The translations under genes were made by a program, and so were the position numbers. DNA of 64,000 nucleotides from an uncultured Micavibrio sp. Lineage in GTDB: Bacteria > Pseudomonadota > Alphaproteobacteria > Micavibrionales > UBA1664. Positions 27,769-36,267 of the stretch are shown here, piece by piece. Below the pieces are notes generated by a model. It did no database searches, had not been told where the DNA came from, and saw nothing but the letters and a program-made list of their open reading frames with translations. The DNA is taken from the NCBI GenBank assembly GCA_964531715.1, contig CAZHEE010000003.1, positions 34,989-98,988 of the forward strand. The letters are read 5' to 3'. Within the stretch, counting starts at the first letter, position 1; every line of letters begins with the position of its first letter.

Positions 27769-28522
27769 ATTGTTCTTTCATAACGCGTTCCTCGAGGGCA
27801 TGGTCGGGGTCGAAGAGGAGGGTGACTTTCACCTCATCATCTTTTTGCACTGTTACGGTCTTCACATCACGAATTTCAGTAAAATCTGCCGAGACACTAA
27901 CAGGGCGTTTTGCGCAATCGTGACTATCAAATCGCGTCACATTTTCCTGAGGCAAAAGTGCACCACGCCATCGCCGTGGGCGATAGGGGCTGATCGGTGT
28001 CAGGGCAAAAAGCGGTGCATTTAAAGGAATTATCGGCCCATGCGCCGAGAGATTATAGGCGGTAGAGCCGGCAGGAGTTGCAATCATCACCCCATCGGCC
28101 ACAAGTTTTTCAAGGCGGCTTTTACCGTCTATTGTAATCGCAATATGAGCCGTCTGCCTTGTTTGACGGAAAAGCGCAACCTCATTAAAGGCGATCGCTT
28201 CATAAATGACGCCTGTTGTTGTTTCCGCAATCATTTTTAAAGGTTTAAGTGTCATTGCGTGACTTTTGGGAATGCGCTCGGACAAGCGTTCCGAAATAGA
28301 CTGGTTTAATAAGAAGCCTTCCGAGCCTTTATTGACGCCGTAAAAAGCCTTTCCTTCTTTGTGATATTTATGAATGGATTCAAGCAAAAACCCATCACCG
28401 CCAAGCGGTACGATAATATCACAATCCTCAAGCGAAGCCTGCCCATAATGCGCGGTCAGCCCGTTAAGCGCATCTTGAGCCTCGTCCGTTTCACTTGCGA
28501 TAAAATGTAATTTTGTATCCAT
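27758..28522 (-). CDS. nadK: NAD kinase
   Basis: IIVPLGGDGFLL motif and TPAGSTAYNLSA motif; 254 aa. Confidence 0.9.
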   Translation of the reverse strand: MDTKLHFIASETDEAQDALNGLTAHYGQASLEDCDIIVPLGGDGFLLESIHKYHKEGKAFYGVNKGSEGFLLNQSISERLSERIPKSHAMTLKPLKMIAETTTGVIYEAIAFNEVALFRQTRQTAHIAITIDGKSRLEKLVADGVMIATPAGSTAYNLSAHGPIIPLNAPLFALTPISPYRPRRWRGALLPQENVTRFDSHDCAKRPVSVSADFTEIRDVKTVTVQKDDEVKVTLLFDPDHALEERVMKEQFVG

Positions 28523-28540
28523 GGTTGATATGGCTATGAC

Positions 28541-29233
28541 CTATTCCTCACCCTTGCCGCCATGCTCAAGCGACCATTGCACAGGGTCATTCAGAAACTC
28601 ACGTACGGAGGCAATCGTTTTCGCATCAAAATAATTCATCGCTTCCGCGGTTTCGAGAACTAGCGGCCAGGTTGTCAGCGCATGAAGTGTAATGCCTAGC
28701 TCCGCCATATTTTTTGTGCTTGCCTCAAACACGCCATAGTGAAAAACAACAAAGGCATGATCGACAATGCCGCCAGCCTGCCTTAACGCATCAACAAAGA
28801 TTTTCTTTGAACCGCCATCGGTTTGCAAATCCTCGGCGAGGAGGACATGTTGCCCTTCCTCCAAATGCCCTTCAATTTGAGCCATGCGCCCGTGCCCTTT
28901 GGGTTTTTTGCGAACATAAGCCATAGGCAGATTAAGCCGTTCTGACAAGAACGCGGCATAGGGAATGCCTGCCGTTTCACCCCCTGCAATACAATCAAGT
29001 CTGTCCGCGCCAACCTCCTGCATCAGGAGAGAGACTGCCATATCCATCAACATGCCGCGCGCTTGCGGGAAGGCGATTAATTTACGGCAATCAACATAGG
29101 TCGGCCCAATCCGTCCTGATGTATAGGTGAAAGGGTTTTGTGTATCGACTTTAATTGCCTTTGTCATCAGGAGGATTTTTGACGCCTCGCGCGCAATCTC
29201 GTTTTTAGAATAAAAGGGAATTGAAAAAGTCAT
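28541..29233 (-). CDS. pyrE: orotate phosphoribosyltransferase
   Basis: PRPP-binding motif VLLAEDLQTDGGS; length and N-terminal pattern of the long alphaproteobacterial PyrE. Confidence 0.88.
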   Translation of the reverse strand: MTFSIPFYSKNEIAREASKILLMTKAIKVDTQNPFTYTSGRIGPTYVDCRKLIAFPQARGMLMDMAVSLLMQEVGADRLDCIAGGETAGIPYAAFLSERLNLPMAYVRKKPKGHGRMAQIEGHLEEGQHVLLAEDLQTDGGSKKIFVDALRQAGGIVDHAFVVFHYGVFEASTKNMAELGITLHALTTWPLVLETAEAMNYFDAKTIASVREFLNDPVQWSLEHGGKGEE

Positions 29234-29364
29234 AATATATCCTAATTAAATCAATATCTTTTTTTATATACAAACAAACCAAATAAAAAAGCCATATTTA
29301 TATTGACATAGCAAAATAAAAGGGTTATGTGTCATAATTAATTAACTAAACACATTGTTTTTAT

Positions 29365-29577
29365 ATGAAATTTTATTATTATAAACCTAAAAATATTGCC
29401 CGAATTTTCGGTGCTGTGGCGGGTGTTGGCGTTGCCCTTGTTTCCGGCTACGTAGCAATGGATTCATCTAATCTTACTATGTTTGGTCTTGCCATTTTAT
29501 CCACCGCATTCAGTGTAAAGATGCTGTATAATTACAGGCGAAGTATAGGCCGCCACAAATTGTACGGGCCTTTATAA
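29365..29577 (+). CDS. hypothetical small 2-TM protein
   Basis: ORF with two hydrophobic segments. Confidence 0.3.
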   Translation: MKFYYYKPKNIARIFGAVAGVGVALVSGYVAMDSSNLTMFGLAILSTAFSVKMLYNYRRSIGRHKLYGPL

Positions 29578-29579
29578 GA

Positions 29580-30233
29580 TTACTGACTCACCCAAAGCAC
29601 GCGTGCGATCCAAACCACCTGTTCAGGCTCGAAAACCAAATCATCATGCGTAGGATTTAAAGACTGAAGCTCTATTTTCGTATTCGTGCGGCGTTTGAGT
29701 TGCTTCGCCATGACTTGCCCATCTCTTGTCTTGACAATCACGCGGTCACCACGGCGTATGCCTGAAGAGGGTGAAACGACCAGAATATCCCCATCACGAT
29801 AGAGTGGCTCCATCGAATCACCGCTCACCTCAAGGGCGTAATTCGTATCATCTTTCGGCGTGAAGCCGGGCAACTCAACAAAATCCCACCCTTCCCCTTG
29901 AGGAAATCCTGAATCGGTGAAATAGCCTTGCGCCCCTGCCTGCACACATCCGATAACAGGAATCGCCTTGGCAGAGCGTGAAGTCGTATTAATTTCCGTG
30001 GTTTGAATTTGGATGAATGTCATAAATTCACTCATCGTGATATTGGTCACGGCAAGGATTTTTGATACGGATTCGGTGGATGGCCATCGCGGTTTACCTT
30101 CAGGGCTCATCCGTTTGCTTTTATTAAACGAGGTGGGGTCAAGCCCTGCTTTCCGCGCCAAGCCTGAAGTTGAAAAACCCGCGCTATCGGCCAGCTTATC
30201 AATCGCGGCCCATATATCTTGATGAGAAAACAT
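29580..30233 (-). CDS. CI/LexA-like transcriptional repressor (XRE-type HTH plus S24 self-cleaving peptidase domain)
   Basis: N-terminal HTH region (FSTSGLARKAGLDPTSFNKSKR). C-terminal S24 catalytic Ser motif (GDSMEPLYRDGDILVV) and Lys (VMAKQLKRR). The N-terminus is not the canonical LexA winged helix. Confidence 0.85.
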   Translation of the reverse strand: MFSHQDIWAAIDKLADSAGFSTSGLARKAGLDPTSFNKSKRMSPEGKPRWPSTESVSKILAVTNITMSEFMTFIQIQTTEINTTSRSAKAIPVIGCVQAGAQGYFTDSGFPQGEGWDFVELPGFTPKDDTNYALEVSGDSMEPLYRDGDILVVSPSSGIRRGDRVIVKTRDGQVMAKQLKRRTNTKIELQSLNPTHDDLVFEPEQVVWIARVLWVSQ

Positions 30234-30268
30234 AGGATAATAATCCCATACTCCGCCCGTAAAAGATA

Positions 30269-30286
30269 TAGGAATATAGTCCTTAA
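30269..30286. promoter_or_regulatory. candidate operator, copy 1 (TAGGAATATAGTCCTTAA), in the repressor gene leader
   Basis: An identical 18-mer occurs at 30807-30824. It contains the imperfect palindrome AGGA-N6-TCCT. It lies 12 nt downstream (minus sense) of a perfect TATAAT at 30304-30299. Confidence 0.55.
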
Positions 30287-30329
30287 CTAAATGACGTCAT
30301 TATATAGCTTGTTCTTGTAATCTTAAAAA

Positions 30330-30344
30330 GAACCACAGATGAAC
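30330..30344. promoter_or_regulatory. GAAC-N7-GAAC (GTTC-N7-GTTC on the repressor gene strand), the alphaproteobacterial LexA-box pattern
   Basis: GAACCACAGATGAAC. Caveat: it sits inside ACCACAGATGAACAC, which resembles a common repeat motif. Confidence 0.3.
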
Positions 30345-30455
30345 ACAAATATAAAAACTGTCATCTCGACCAAGCGTAGCGCGCGGAAGGATCTGAATAT
30401 TTTAACGCGAAGATAAGAAGTTTAAGGGAAGTAGACACGAAGATTTTCAAAAAAT

Positions 30456-30682
30456 CCGTTATTGCATGGCTTGACCATGCAATCCAAAAAATAAAACGCA
30501 AAGTCACGCAAAGTTCTTATTCGTCATTACACGGCTGGACCGTGTAATCCAGCTTAGTATTTTCTGGATTGCACGTATTCATAAATGAAACGTGCAATGA
30601 CGGATATTTTAAAGCACCTCCATGTTCTCTGTGCTTTCTGTGGTAAAAAGCAATGGATTACGGCCTTCGCCGTAATGACGAG
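30456..30682. repeat. cluster of four hairpin repeats of the CGTCATT-stem-loop-stem-AATCCAG family
   Basis: CCGTTATTGCATGG-CTTGA-CCATGCAATCCAAA (30456-30486); CGTCATTACACGG-CTGGA-CCGTGTAATCCAG (30522-30552); inverted copies CTGGATTGCACG...CGTGCAATGACGG (30565-30603) and TGGATTACGGC-CTTC-GCCGTAATGACGAG (30654-30682). Confidence 0.75.
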
Positions 30683-30806
30683 CAAAAACTTAGTGCCCTC
30701 AGTGTTTCAAATGACTATAGATTACACAGTCCTTTAATTATAAACCCCACAACTGGTGCGGGGTTGCGATGAAATAATATCCATAAGTAACCTATCTCTA
30801 ATATGG

Positions 30807-30824
30807 TAGGAATATAGTCCTTAA
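30807..30824. promoter_or_regulatory. candidate operator, copy 2, immediately upstream of the -35 of the phage-derived operon
   Basis: TAGGAATATAGTCCTTAA, identical to 30269-30286. Confidence 0.55.
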
Positions 30825-30831
30825 ATAATGC

Positions 30832-30889
30832 TTGACGCATGCTTTAATCCATGGTTTATATTAGAACATAATAAGAACAAGTAAAGAAC
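30832..30889 (+). promoter_or_regulatory. predicted promoter plus a triple GAAC-N7 array in front of the phage-derived operon
   Basis: TTGACG (30832-30837), 17 nt, TTTATA (30855-30860), then GAAC-ATAATAA-GAAC-AAGTAAA-GAAC (30864-30889). RBS GAAAGAGG lies before the ATG at 30904. Confidence 0.5.
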
Positions 30890-30903
30890 AAAAAGAAAGA
30901 GGC

Positions 30904-31308
30904 ATGATTATGAGGGATGGTATTACATTATTTGATAACGCGGAAGAGGCTTGGTTCTGGTTCATCAATGCCACAACAGCGCGAGAAAGCGGTGCAAAAA
31001 TTCGCGCCAATGAAGGGCTTTATAAACGCCCGTGTGAGCCATCCGATATCATGAAGATACTTGAGCGGCTTCACCGCCATCGCCGTCTTGATATGCATCA
31101 TTTCCGCGTTCTCAAACATTATGGCCTACGCATGATTGCACCTGATATCACTCGCGCCCGTGAGGTTTTGGCCGCCCGACTTTGGAATGAAGCGATGGAT
31201 ATCTTAAGCGATGTTTTTATCTCAAAAGGCATAATTGAGCGTTCTTTCGGGGCAGAGATTATTGACTTTCCGATTCAAAATCACGCAATGGAGGCGCAAG
31301 CATGGTAG
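30904..31308 (+). CDS. hypothetical protein, first gene of the phage-derived operon (possible DNA-binding protein)
   Basis: ORF with RBS. Contains AEEAWFWFINA..RPCEPSDIMKILERLHRHRRLDMHHFRVLKHYG. No family assigned with confidence. Confidence 0.55.
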   Translation: MIMRDGITLFDNAEEAWFWFINATTARESGAKIRANEGLYKRPCEPSDIMKILERLHRHRRLDMHHFRVLKHYGLRMIAPDITRAREVLAARLWNEAMDILSDVFISKGIIERSFGAEIIDFPIQNHAMEAQAW

Positions 31309-31718
31309 AGCGCCCCTTACTGACCCCTGAGACGGACGGATTATCGCCGCAAACTATTTGGATTGTGTTTTCGAATGATACGGATATCCGCCCGCTCAAA
31401 ATCCTGAAAAAAGGCTTTCGTCATTGTTTCGTGATATTGCAACAGGATGCGCGATGGATGCTGATTGACCCGCGATGCGATATGACGGAGGTGAAGCTCC
31501 TCCCCCATCCCGTGCATTTTAACTTTCCACGCTATTTTCAACAGCAAGGCAAAATTGTCCTGAAAGTACCGCGGCAAGCAACGCCGCGTAAGGTTGCGCC
31601 GCTTTTCCCGATGTCCTGCGTGGAAACGGTGAAAAGGATGATCGGTCTGCACCGCCGTTTCATTCTGACCCCGCATCAGCTTTATAAATATCTTACACAC
31701 TCTTCAATGAAAGGATAA
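31302..31718 (+). CDS. hypothetical protein (translationally coupled to the upstream gene)
   Basis: ATGGTAG start/stop overlap with the upstream gene. No family recognised. Confidence 0.5.
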   Translation: MVERPLLTPETDGLSPQTIWIVFSNDTDIRPLKILKKGFRHCFVILQQDARWMLIDPRCDMTEVKLLPHPVHFNFPRYFQQQGKIVLKVPRQATPRKVAPLFPMSCVETVKRMIGLHRRFILTPHQLYKYLTHSSMKG

Positions 31719-31724
31719 AATCCC

Positions 31725-32033
31725 ATGGGTTCGCTTTTCTCACCCCCAACGCCCAGTTATAACCCCGTCACCTATCGACCGCCAGTGACACAAGTGCAAA
31801 GCACAAATACAGGGGGTAACAGTATGACTATTCCTGACAGTGGTAATAGTGGCAATACGCTTTCGCAACCGCAACCTGATACGAGTGGAACAAACACTAT
31901 GGATGAACAAATTCGTAATGTCATTCAAAGGGCACAGCGTGGACGTAATTCGCTGATACAAACGAGCTATCGCGGTGTTTTGACCGATGTGACGTCGCTT
32001 GCCCCTCAACGTAAAAATCTTTTAGGGGAGTAA
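31725..32033 (+). CDS. small Pro/Thr/Asn/Ser-rich protein with a basic C-terminus
   Basis: It sits directly before the portal gene, as the small internal virion proteins do in T7-like phages. This is a positional inference only. Confidence 0.45.
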   Translation: MGSLFSPPTPSYNPVTYRPPVTQVQSTNTGGNSMTIPDSGNSGNTLSQPQPDTSGTNTMDEQIRNVIQRAQRGRNSLIQTSYRGVLTDVTSLAPQRKNLLGE

Positions 32034-32035
32034 TC

Positions 32036-33544
32036 ATGACAGAGACAAATATTTTAACGGACTATGCAGAGGCAAAATCACGCCGTAATGCGTGGGAGGC
32101 ACTCTGGAAAGATTGCTATAACTATGCCCTGCCTCAACAAGAGTCTTTCGGGCTTTATGGCTCGGGGCAGTCGAAAACCGCGCATATTTATGATGGCACC
32201 GCGATGGATGCGGTTGAACATCTGGCCGCGAGCTTGCTTGGCAATCTCACACCGCCATGGTCGCAGTGGTTCGGGTTTTCGCCCGGACCTGAAATGACGG
32301 CGAATGATGCCGCGCTCCTTGCCCCTGCCTTGGAAAAGGCGGCAATCCTTGTGCAATCTCATTTAGACCGTTCGAATTTCACAACGGAAATGCATCAGGC
32401 CTTCCTCGATTTGGTGACAGGCGGCACAGGCACATTATTATTTGAAGAAGGTATGACAGGCGATTTCTCCGCCTTCCGTTTTAAAGCAATTCCTCTTTCT
32501 CATGTCGCCTTTCATGAAGGCGCAAGGACAGGGCGGCTGGACAATATTTATCGTGAAACCGCAATGACTTTGGCAGAATTGCAAACGCGCTTCCCCGATA
32601 TTGAATTACCGATGAAAATTGTGCAACAAGGCACGAAAGATTCTCAAGAACGCTTTGACGTTTTAGAAACTGTACAGCCCGATAATCTCGTCTACCGCTA
32701 TCAGGCTTATTTGATGACAGGCGAAAGTGAGCCGTTATTGCTTGGCAATGGTATTTTCAAAGGCTCGCCTTTTATTGCTTTTCGCTGGATGAAATCGGCA
32801 GGGGAAATTTATGGGCGAAGCCCCGTGATGAAGGCTCTGCCCGATATAAAGACCGCGAACAAAGTGGTCGAACTTATCCTTAAAAATGCCTCGATTGCTG
32901 CAAGCGGGATTTGGCAGGCCGATGATGACGGGGTGATTAACCCTGCGAATATTGAGCTGACCCCCGGGACGATTATCCCGAAAGCCGTTGGGTCAAAGGG
33001 TTTAACACCGCTTCAAATGCCGTCCAATTTCGATGTTTCGCAAATTGTATTGGAAGATTTGCGCGCGCGCATTCGCCACTCTCTATTGGTCGACAGGCTC
33101 GGCATGGTCGGGCAACGGCAAATGACGGCAACGGAAGTCCTCGAACGCTCGGCAGAGATGGCGTTGCTCCTCGGGGCAACTTATGGGCGGTTGCAGTCGG
33201 AGCTGTTAACGCCGCTCCTTCAACGGGCTTATACTATATTACGCAGGCGTGGCGAGGTTCCCGATATTGATATTGACGGGCGGTTGGTTGCGATTGATTA
33301 CCGCTCACCACTCGCCCTTGGGCAGCGGCAGAACAACGTTCAAAATCTTATTTACTGGATGAACACAACGCTGTCCATGGGGGGTGAAGCAACCGAGGCT
33401 ATTGATTTGCCGGCCACTGCGCGGCATTTAGGGCGCGCGCTTGGCGTACCGAGTGATCTTATTCGTGATGAGCAAGCTCTGAGTGCGGTGACCGCACCGC
33501 TTGATGAAAATTTACAACCAAACCAACCGACTGAAAAGGAGTAA
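32036..33544 (+). CDS. T7-type head-to-tail connector (portal) protein
   Basis: Compared from memory with T7 gp8: ours YGRSPVMKALPDIKTANKVVELILKNASIAASGIW vs T7 YGRSYIEEYLGDLRSLENLQEAIVKMSMISSKVIG. Also ours MTATEVLERSAEMALLLGATYGRLQSELLTPLLQRAYTIL vs T7 VTAEEIRYVASELEDTLGGVYSILSQELQLPLVRVLLKQL. About 500 aa. Confidence 0.85.
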   Translation: MTETNILTDYAEAKSRRNAWEALWKDCYNYALPQQESFGLYGSGQSKTAHIYDGTAMDAVEHLAASLLGNLTPPWSQWFGFSPGPEMTANDAALLAPALEKAAILVQSHLDRSNFTTEMHQAFLDLVTGGTGTLLFEEGMTGDFSAFRFKAIPLSHVAFHEGARTGRLDNIYRETAMTLAELQTRFPDIELPMKIVQQGTKDSQERFDVLETVQPDNLVYRYQAYLMTGESEPLLLGNGIFKGSPFIAFRWMKSAGEIYGRSPVMKALPDIKTANKVVELILKNASIAASGIWQADDDGVINPANIELTPGTIIPKAVGSKGLTPLQMPSNFDVSQIVLEDLRARIRHSLLVDRLGMVGQRQMTATEVLERSAEMALLLGATYGRLQSELLTPLLQRAYTILRRRGEVPDIDIDGRLVAIDYRSPLALGQRQNNVQNLIYWMNTTLSMGGEATEAIDLPATARHLGRALGVPSDLIRDEQALSAVTAPLDENLQPNQPTEKE

Positions 33545-33549
33545 TAACT

Positions 33550-34266
33550 ATGACTGATACAAATTTATTAAATGACCAGCCAGGCAGTGCAAAACCTGCC
33601 GAGGGTATTCCCGCCAAATTCTGGGATAGCGAGAAAGGTGAGGTGCGCGTTGATGCTCTCCTCAAATCCTATCTTGAGCTTGAAAAGCGGATGGCGAATT
33701 CTTTGCCTGAACCGACAGATGAGGAAACACGCGCCCGATTTTTAAGGGCGGCAGGTGTGCCTGCAACGCCTGATGAGTACAGCGTGACAGTCAAAGATGC
33801 GCTATTTGAACCTGATGTGGAGCTAAACCGCCGTTTGCATGAGAAAGGCTTTTCGTCCGATCAGGTTCAGGAAGTTTATGACCTCGCCGTGGATCACATG
33901 GTGCCGCTTATTCTTGATTTAACGGCCGAATTTCAGGCAGAGCGTGAGATTGAACGCCTAGTGACATTCTTTGGCGGGGAAGACCAGTGGCGTGAGGCTT
34001 CACGTCAAATGTTGGCTTTTGGAAAGAAAAACTTGCCGGCCACTGCCCTGCAAGGCATGAGCGCATCTTACGAAGGGATCATGGCGCTCCATAAAATGAT
34101 GCAGTCGGAAGAGCCACAAACTATTACCGCACGAACAAAGGGTGTCTCCTCCAACGCAGAAAAAGATTTACAATCCATGATGAATGACCCGCGTTACTGG
34201 CGCGATAAAGACCCGTCATACATCGCGAAAGTCACCGAAGGCTTTAAGAATCTTTATGCTGAATAA
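33550..34266 (+). CDS. T7 gp9-like capsid assembly (scaffolding) protein
   Basis: Position directly after the portal gene and acidic composition. The C-terminus KDLQSMMNDPRYWRDKDPSYIAKVTEGF resembles T7 gp9 SEMIKAMSDPRYRTDANYRRQVEQKV. Confidence 0.7.
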   Translation: MTDTNLLNDQPGSAKPAEGIPAKFWDSEKGEVRVDALLKSYLELEKRMANSLPEPTDEETRARFLRAAGVPATPDEYSVTVKDALFEPDVELNRRLHEKGFSSDQVQEVYDLAVDHMVPLILDLTAEFQAEREIERLVTFFGGEDQWREASRQMLAFGKKNLPATALQGMSASYEGIMALHKMMQSEEPQTITARTKGVSSNAEKDLQSMMNDPRYWRDKDPSYIAKVTEGFKNLYAE

Positions 34267-34276
34267 AAAAACCAAT

Positions 34277-34310
34277 GGGGGACACCTTCACGAAGGTGTC
34301 CCCGTTGCTT
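34277..34310 (+). terminator. strong hairpin ending the phage-derived operon
   Basis: GGGGACACCTT-CACG-AAGGTGTCCCC, an 11-bp stem, followed by GTTGCTT (a weak U-tract). Confidence 0.5.
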
Positions 34311-34357
34311 AGCTTTCCCTCTTGCGGTTTTAAAAAAACCATCTATTTTGAATTTTG

Positions 34358-35356
34358 ATGATAGAAAAAGATCGCACGCCGATTATCCGTAACTGGCTTT
34401 ATTTTAACGCCTTTATGGTGTTTTGTATGGCAATTATCGGCGCGATAACCCGCCTGACCGAGAGCGGGTTAAGCATGGTCGAGTGGCGGCCTCTCATCGG
34501 TGCAATTCCGCCTTTGACCGATGCGGAATGGGTGCGTGTTTTTGAGCTTTACCGCCAAACCCCTGAATATCAGAAAATTAATACAGGTATGGCGATGGCG
34601 GAGTTTAAAACCATCTTTTTCTGGGAGTGGTTTCACCGTGTTTGGGGCCGGCTCATCGGTCTTGTCTACGCGCTCCCCCTCCTGTTTTTCTGGGTTAAGG
34701 GATGGATTCCGAAAGGGTATAAGCTCCCGCTTTTCGGACTTTTGATCCTTGGCGGGATGCAGGCGGTTATCGGCTATATCATGGTGCTAAGCGGATTGGC
34801 TGACCGCCCATTTGTCTCTCATTTTAAGCTTGCACTTCATCTCTCCATGGCGTGGTTTGTATTTTGCGGCCTGCTCTGGCTTGCCTTCAGCCTGACCAAA
34901 ATAGAGCCGTTACAAACCAGCTTTTGTAAACGCCGCCATGGGTGGAGCAGCCTTGCGTTGCTGTTCATCACACTTGTCTGGGGTGCATTTATGGCAGGCA
35001 TGGATGCAGGGCTTGTCTCCCCACACTGGCCGCACATGTACCAGGGACAGATTTTGCCTGACACGGCTTTTACCCTATCCAATATCTTTGCGAATGCGGA
35101 GATGGTGCATTTCATCCATCGCTGGATTGCCTTTATCACGCTGATATTTATTATTGCATTCGCGTGGCGGGTAAAATCATTCGCGCTTGGCGGCATGGTT
35201 GCCCTTCAATTCCTGCTGGGTATTGCAACGGTGATGAGCATGGTTGCGATCCCGATTGCCGCCATGCATCAGGGCGGTGCATTTATCCTGACCGTGATAT
35301 TGCTTTATAACATCTATGCCTTAAAGCCGAGAGATGTGATACCCTCACAATCATGA
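34358..35356 (+). CDS. ctaA: heme A synthase (COX15/CtaA)
   Basis: IGAITRLTESGLSMVEWRPLIGAIPPL..EW..F..Y...PEY signature; multiple TM segments with conserved His residues. Confidence 0.9.
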   Translation: MIEKDRTPIIRNWLYFNAFMVFCMAIIGAITRLTESGLSMVEWRPLIGAIPPLTDAEWVRVFELYRQTPEYQKINTGMAMAEFKTIFFWEWFHRVWGRLIGLVYALPLLFFWVKGWIPKGYKLPLFGLLILGGMQAVIGYIMVLSGLADRPFVSHFKLALHLSMAWFVFCGLLWLAFSLTKIEPLQTSFCKRRHGWSSLALLFITLVWGAFMAGMDAGLVSPHWPHMYQGQILPDTAFTLSNIFANAEMVHFIHRWIAFITLIFIIAFAWRVKSFALGGMVALQFLLGIATVMSMVAIPIAAMHQGGAFILTVILLYNIYALKPRDVIPSQS

Positions 35357-36267
35357 CATTTAAAAAATCAGGGCGAATTGCGAAAACGGTTTTTCGTAAT
35401 TGGTTTAATGATACGTTATTTACACATGCCGCGGCGGCAGGATATTACGCCGTTTTTTCCGTTCCAGGGCTAATTCTTATTGCAACGGCTATTGCCTCAC
35501 TCGTTTTTGATGAGGTCACTGTTCAAGATGAAGTCAACCAGATTACACGCGCGCTTATCGGGCGAGAGCTGAGCTTCAATATTTATGATAGTTTGGCACA
35601 GGCCCAAATATTCGGGCGGCAATGGCTCGCTTTTTTGATAGGCTTTGCCATCATCCTTTATGCCGCATCCCGCTTTTTTATGCAGCTTCATAAATCTCTT
35701 AACCATGTTTGGGGTGTTATACCGAGAAAACGCCAAAACTTAAGCATTCTTATCCGAAAGCGATTTATTTCAGTCGTGCTTGTTTTGGCCTCCGGTTTGG
35801 TCTTACTTACCCTTATGGCAATAACATCATTGCTCGGCTTATTGTCTGATTATATTGCCCTCCAAATCCCCATAATTGATATCAGTGTTATGGTGATTTT
35901 AAACTTGGTTATTTCATATTGTATTGTCGTATTGCTGTTTACCCTGCTCTATAAAATAGTACCGGACGTTAAGATCAGATGGCGTTCGGCCTTTTTTGGC
36001 GCGATAATATCGGCGGCAATGTTTATTATCGGGCAAAGTCTCGTCAATTATTATTTTACTATTGCCGACCCTCAATCCATCTTCGGTGCGGCGGGTTCTC
36101 TCATCCTTCTGATGATTTGGGTGTCTTATGCATTTATCATCATCATGCTGGGCGCGCATGTCAGTAAAGCACACATGCAAGATAGCGGTCAGATTGCAAG
36201 TCCCGACAGCCATATTGCAAAATCAGGTACACCTATCGATTACGCGCTGCGTGAACCAAAGATTTAA
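35353..36267 (+). CDS. YihY/BrkB-family membrane protein
   Basis: HAAAAGYYAVFSVPGLILI N-terminal signature and a 6-TM layout. Confidence 0.8.
   Translation: MTFKKSGRIAKTVFRNWFNDTLFTHAAAAGYYAVFSVPGLILIATAIASLVFDEVTVQDEVNQITRALIGRELSFNIYDSLAQAQIFGRQWLAFLIGFAIILYAASRFFMQLHKSLNHVWGVIPRKRQNLSILIRKRFISVVLVLASGLVLLTLMAITSLLGLLSDYIALQIPIIDISVMVILNLVISYCIVVLLFTLLYKIVPDVKIRWRSAFFGAIISAAMFIIGQSLVNYYFTIADPQSIFGAAGSLILLMIWVSYAFIIIMLGAHVSKAHMQDSGQIASPDSHIAKSGTPIDYALREPKI

Noticed and set aside
30330-30344. GAAC-N7-GAAC as a bona fide LexA box autoregulating the adjacent repressor gene.
   Set aside because: Kept only as a low-confidence feature. The adjacent protein is not a canonical LexA (its N-terminus is XRE-type). 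The motif lies inside ACCACAGATGAACAC, which looks like one of the short dispersed repeat motifs crowding this spacer, so the match may be accidental.
30456-30682. Regularly spaced short repeats that might be a CRISPR array.
   Set aside because: The units are individual hairpins with different stem sequences. They occur in both orientations, lack a constant direct repeat with unique spacers, and have no cas genes nearby.
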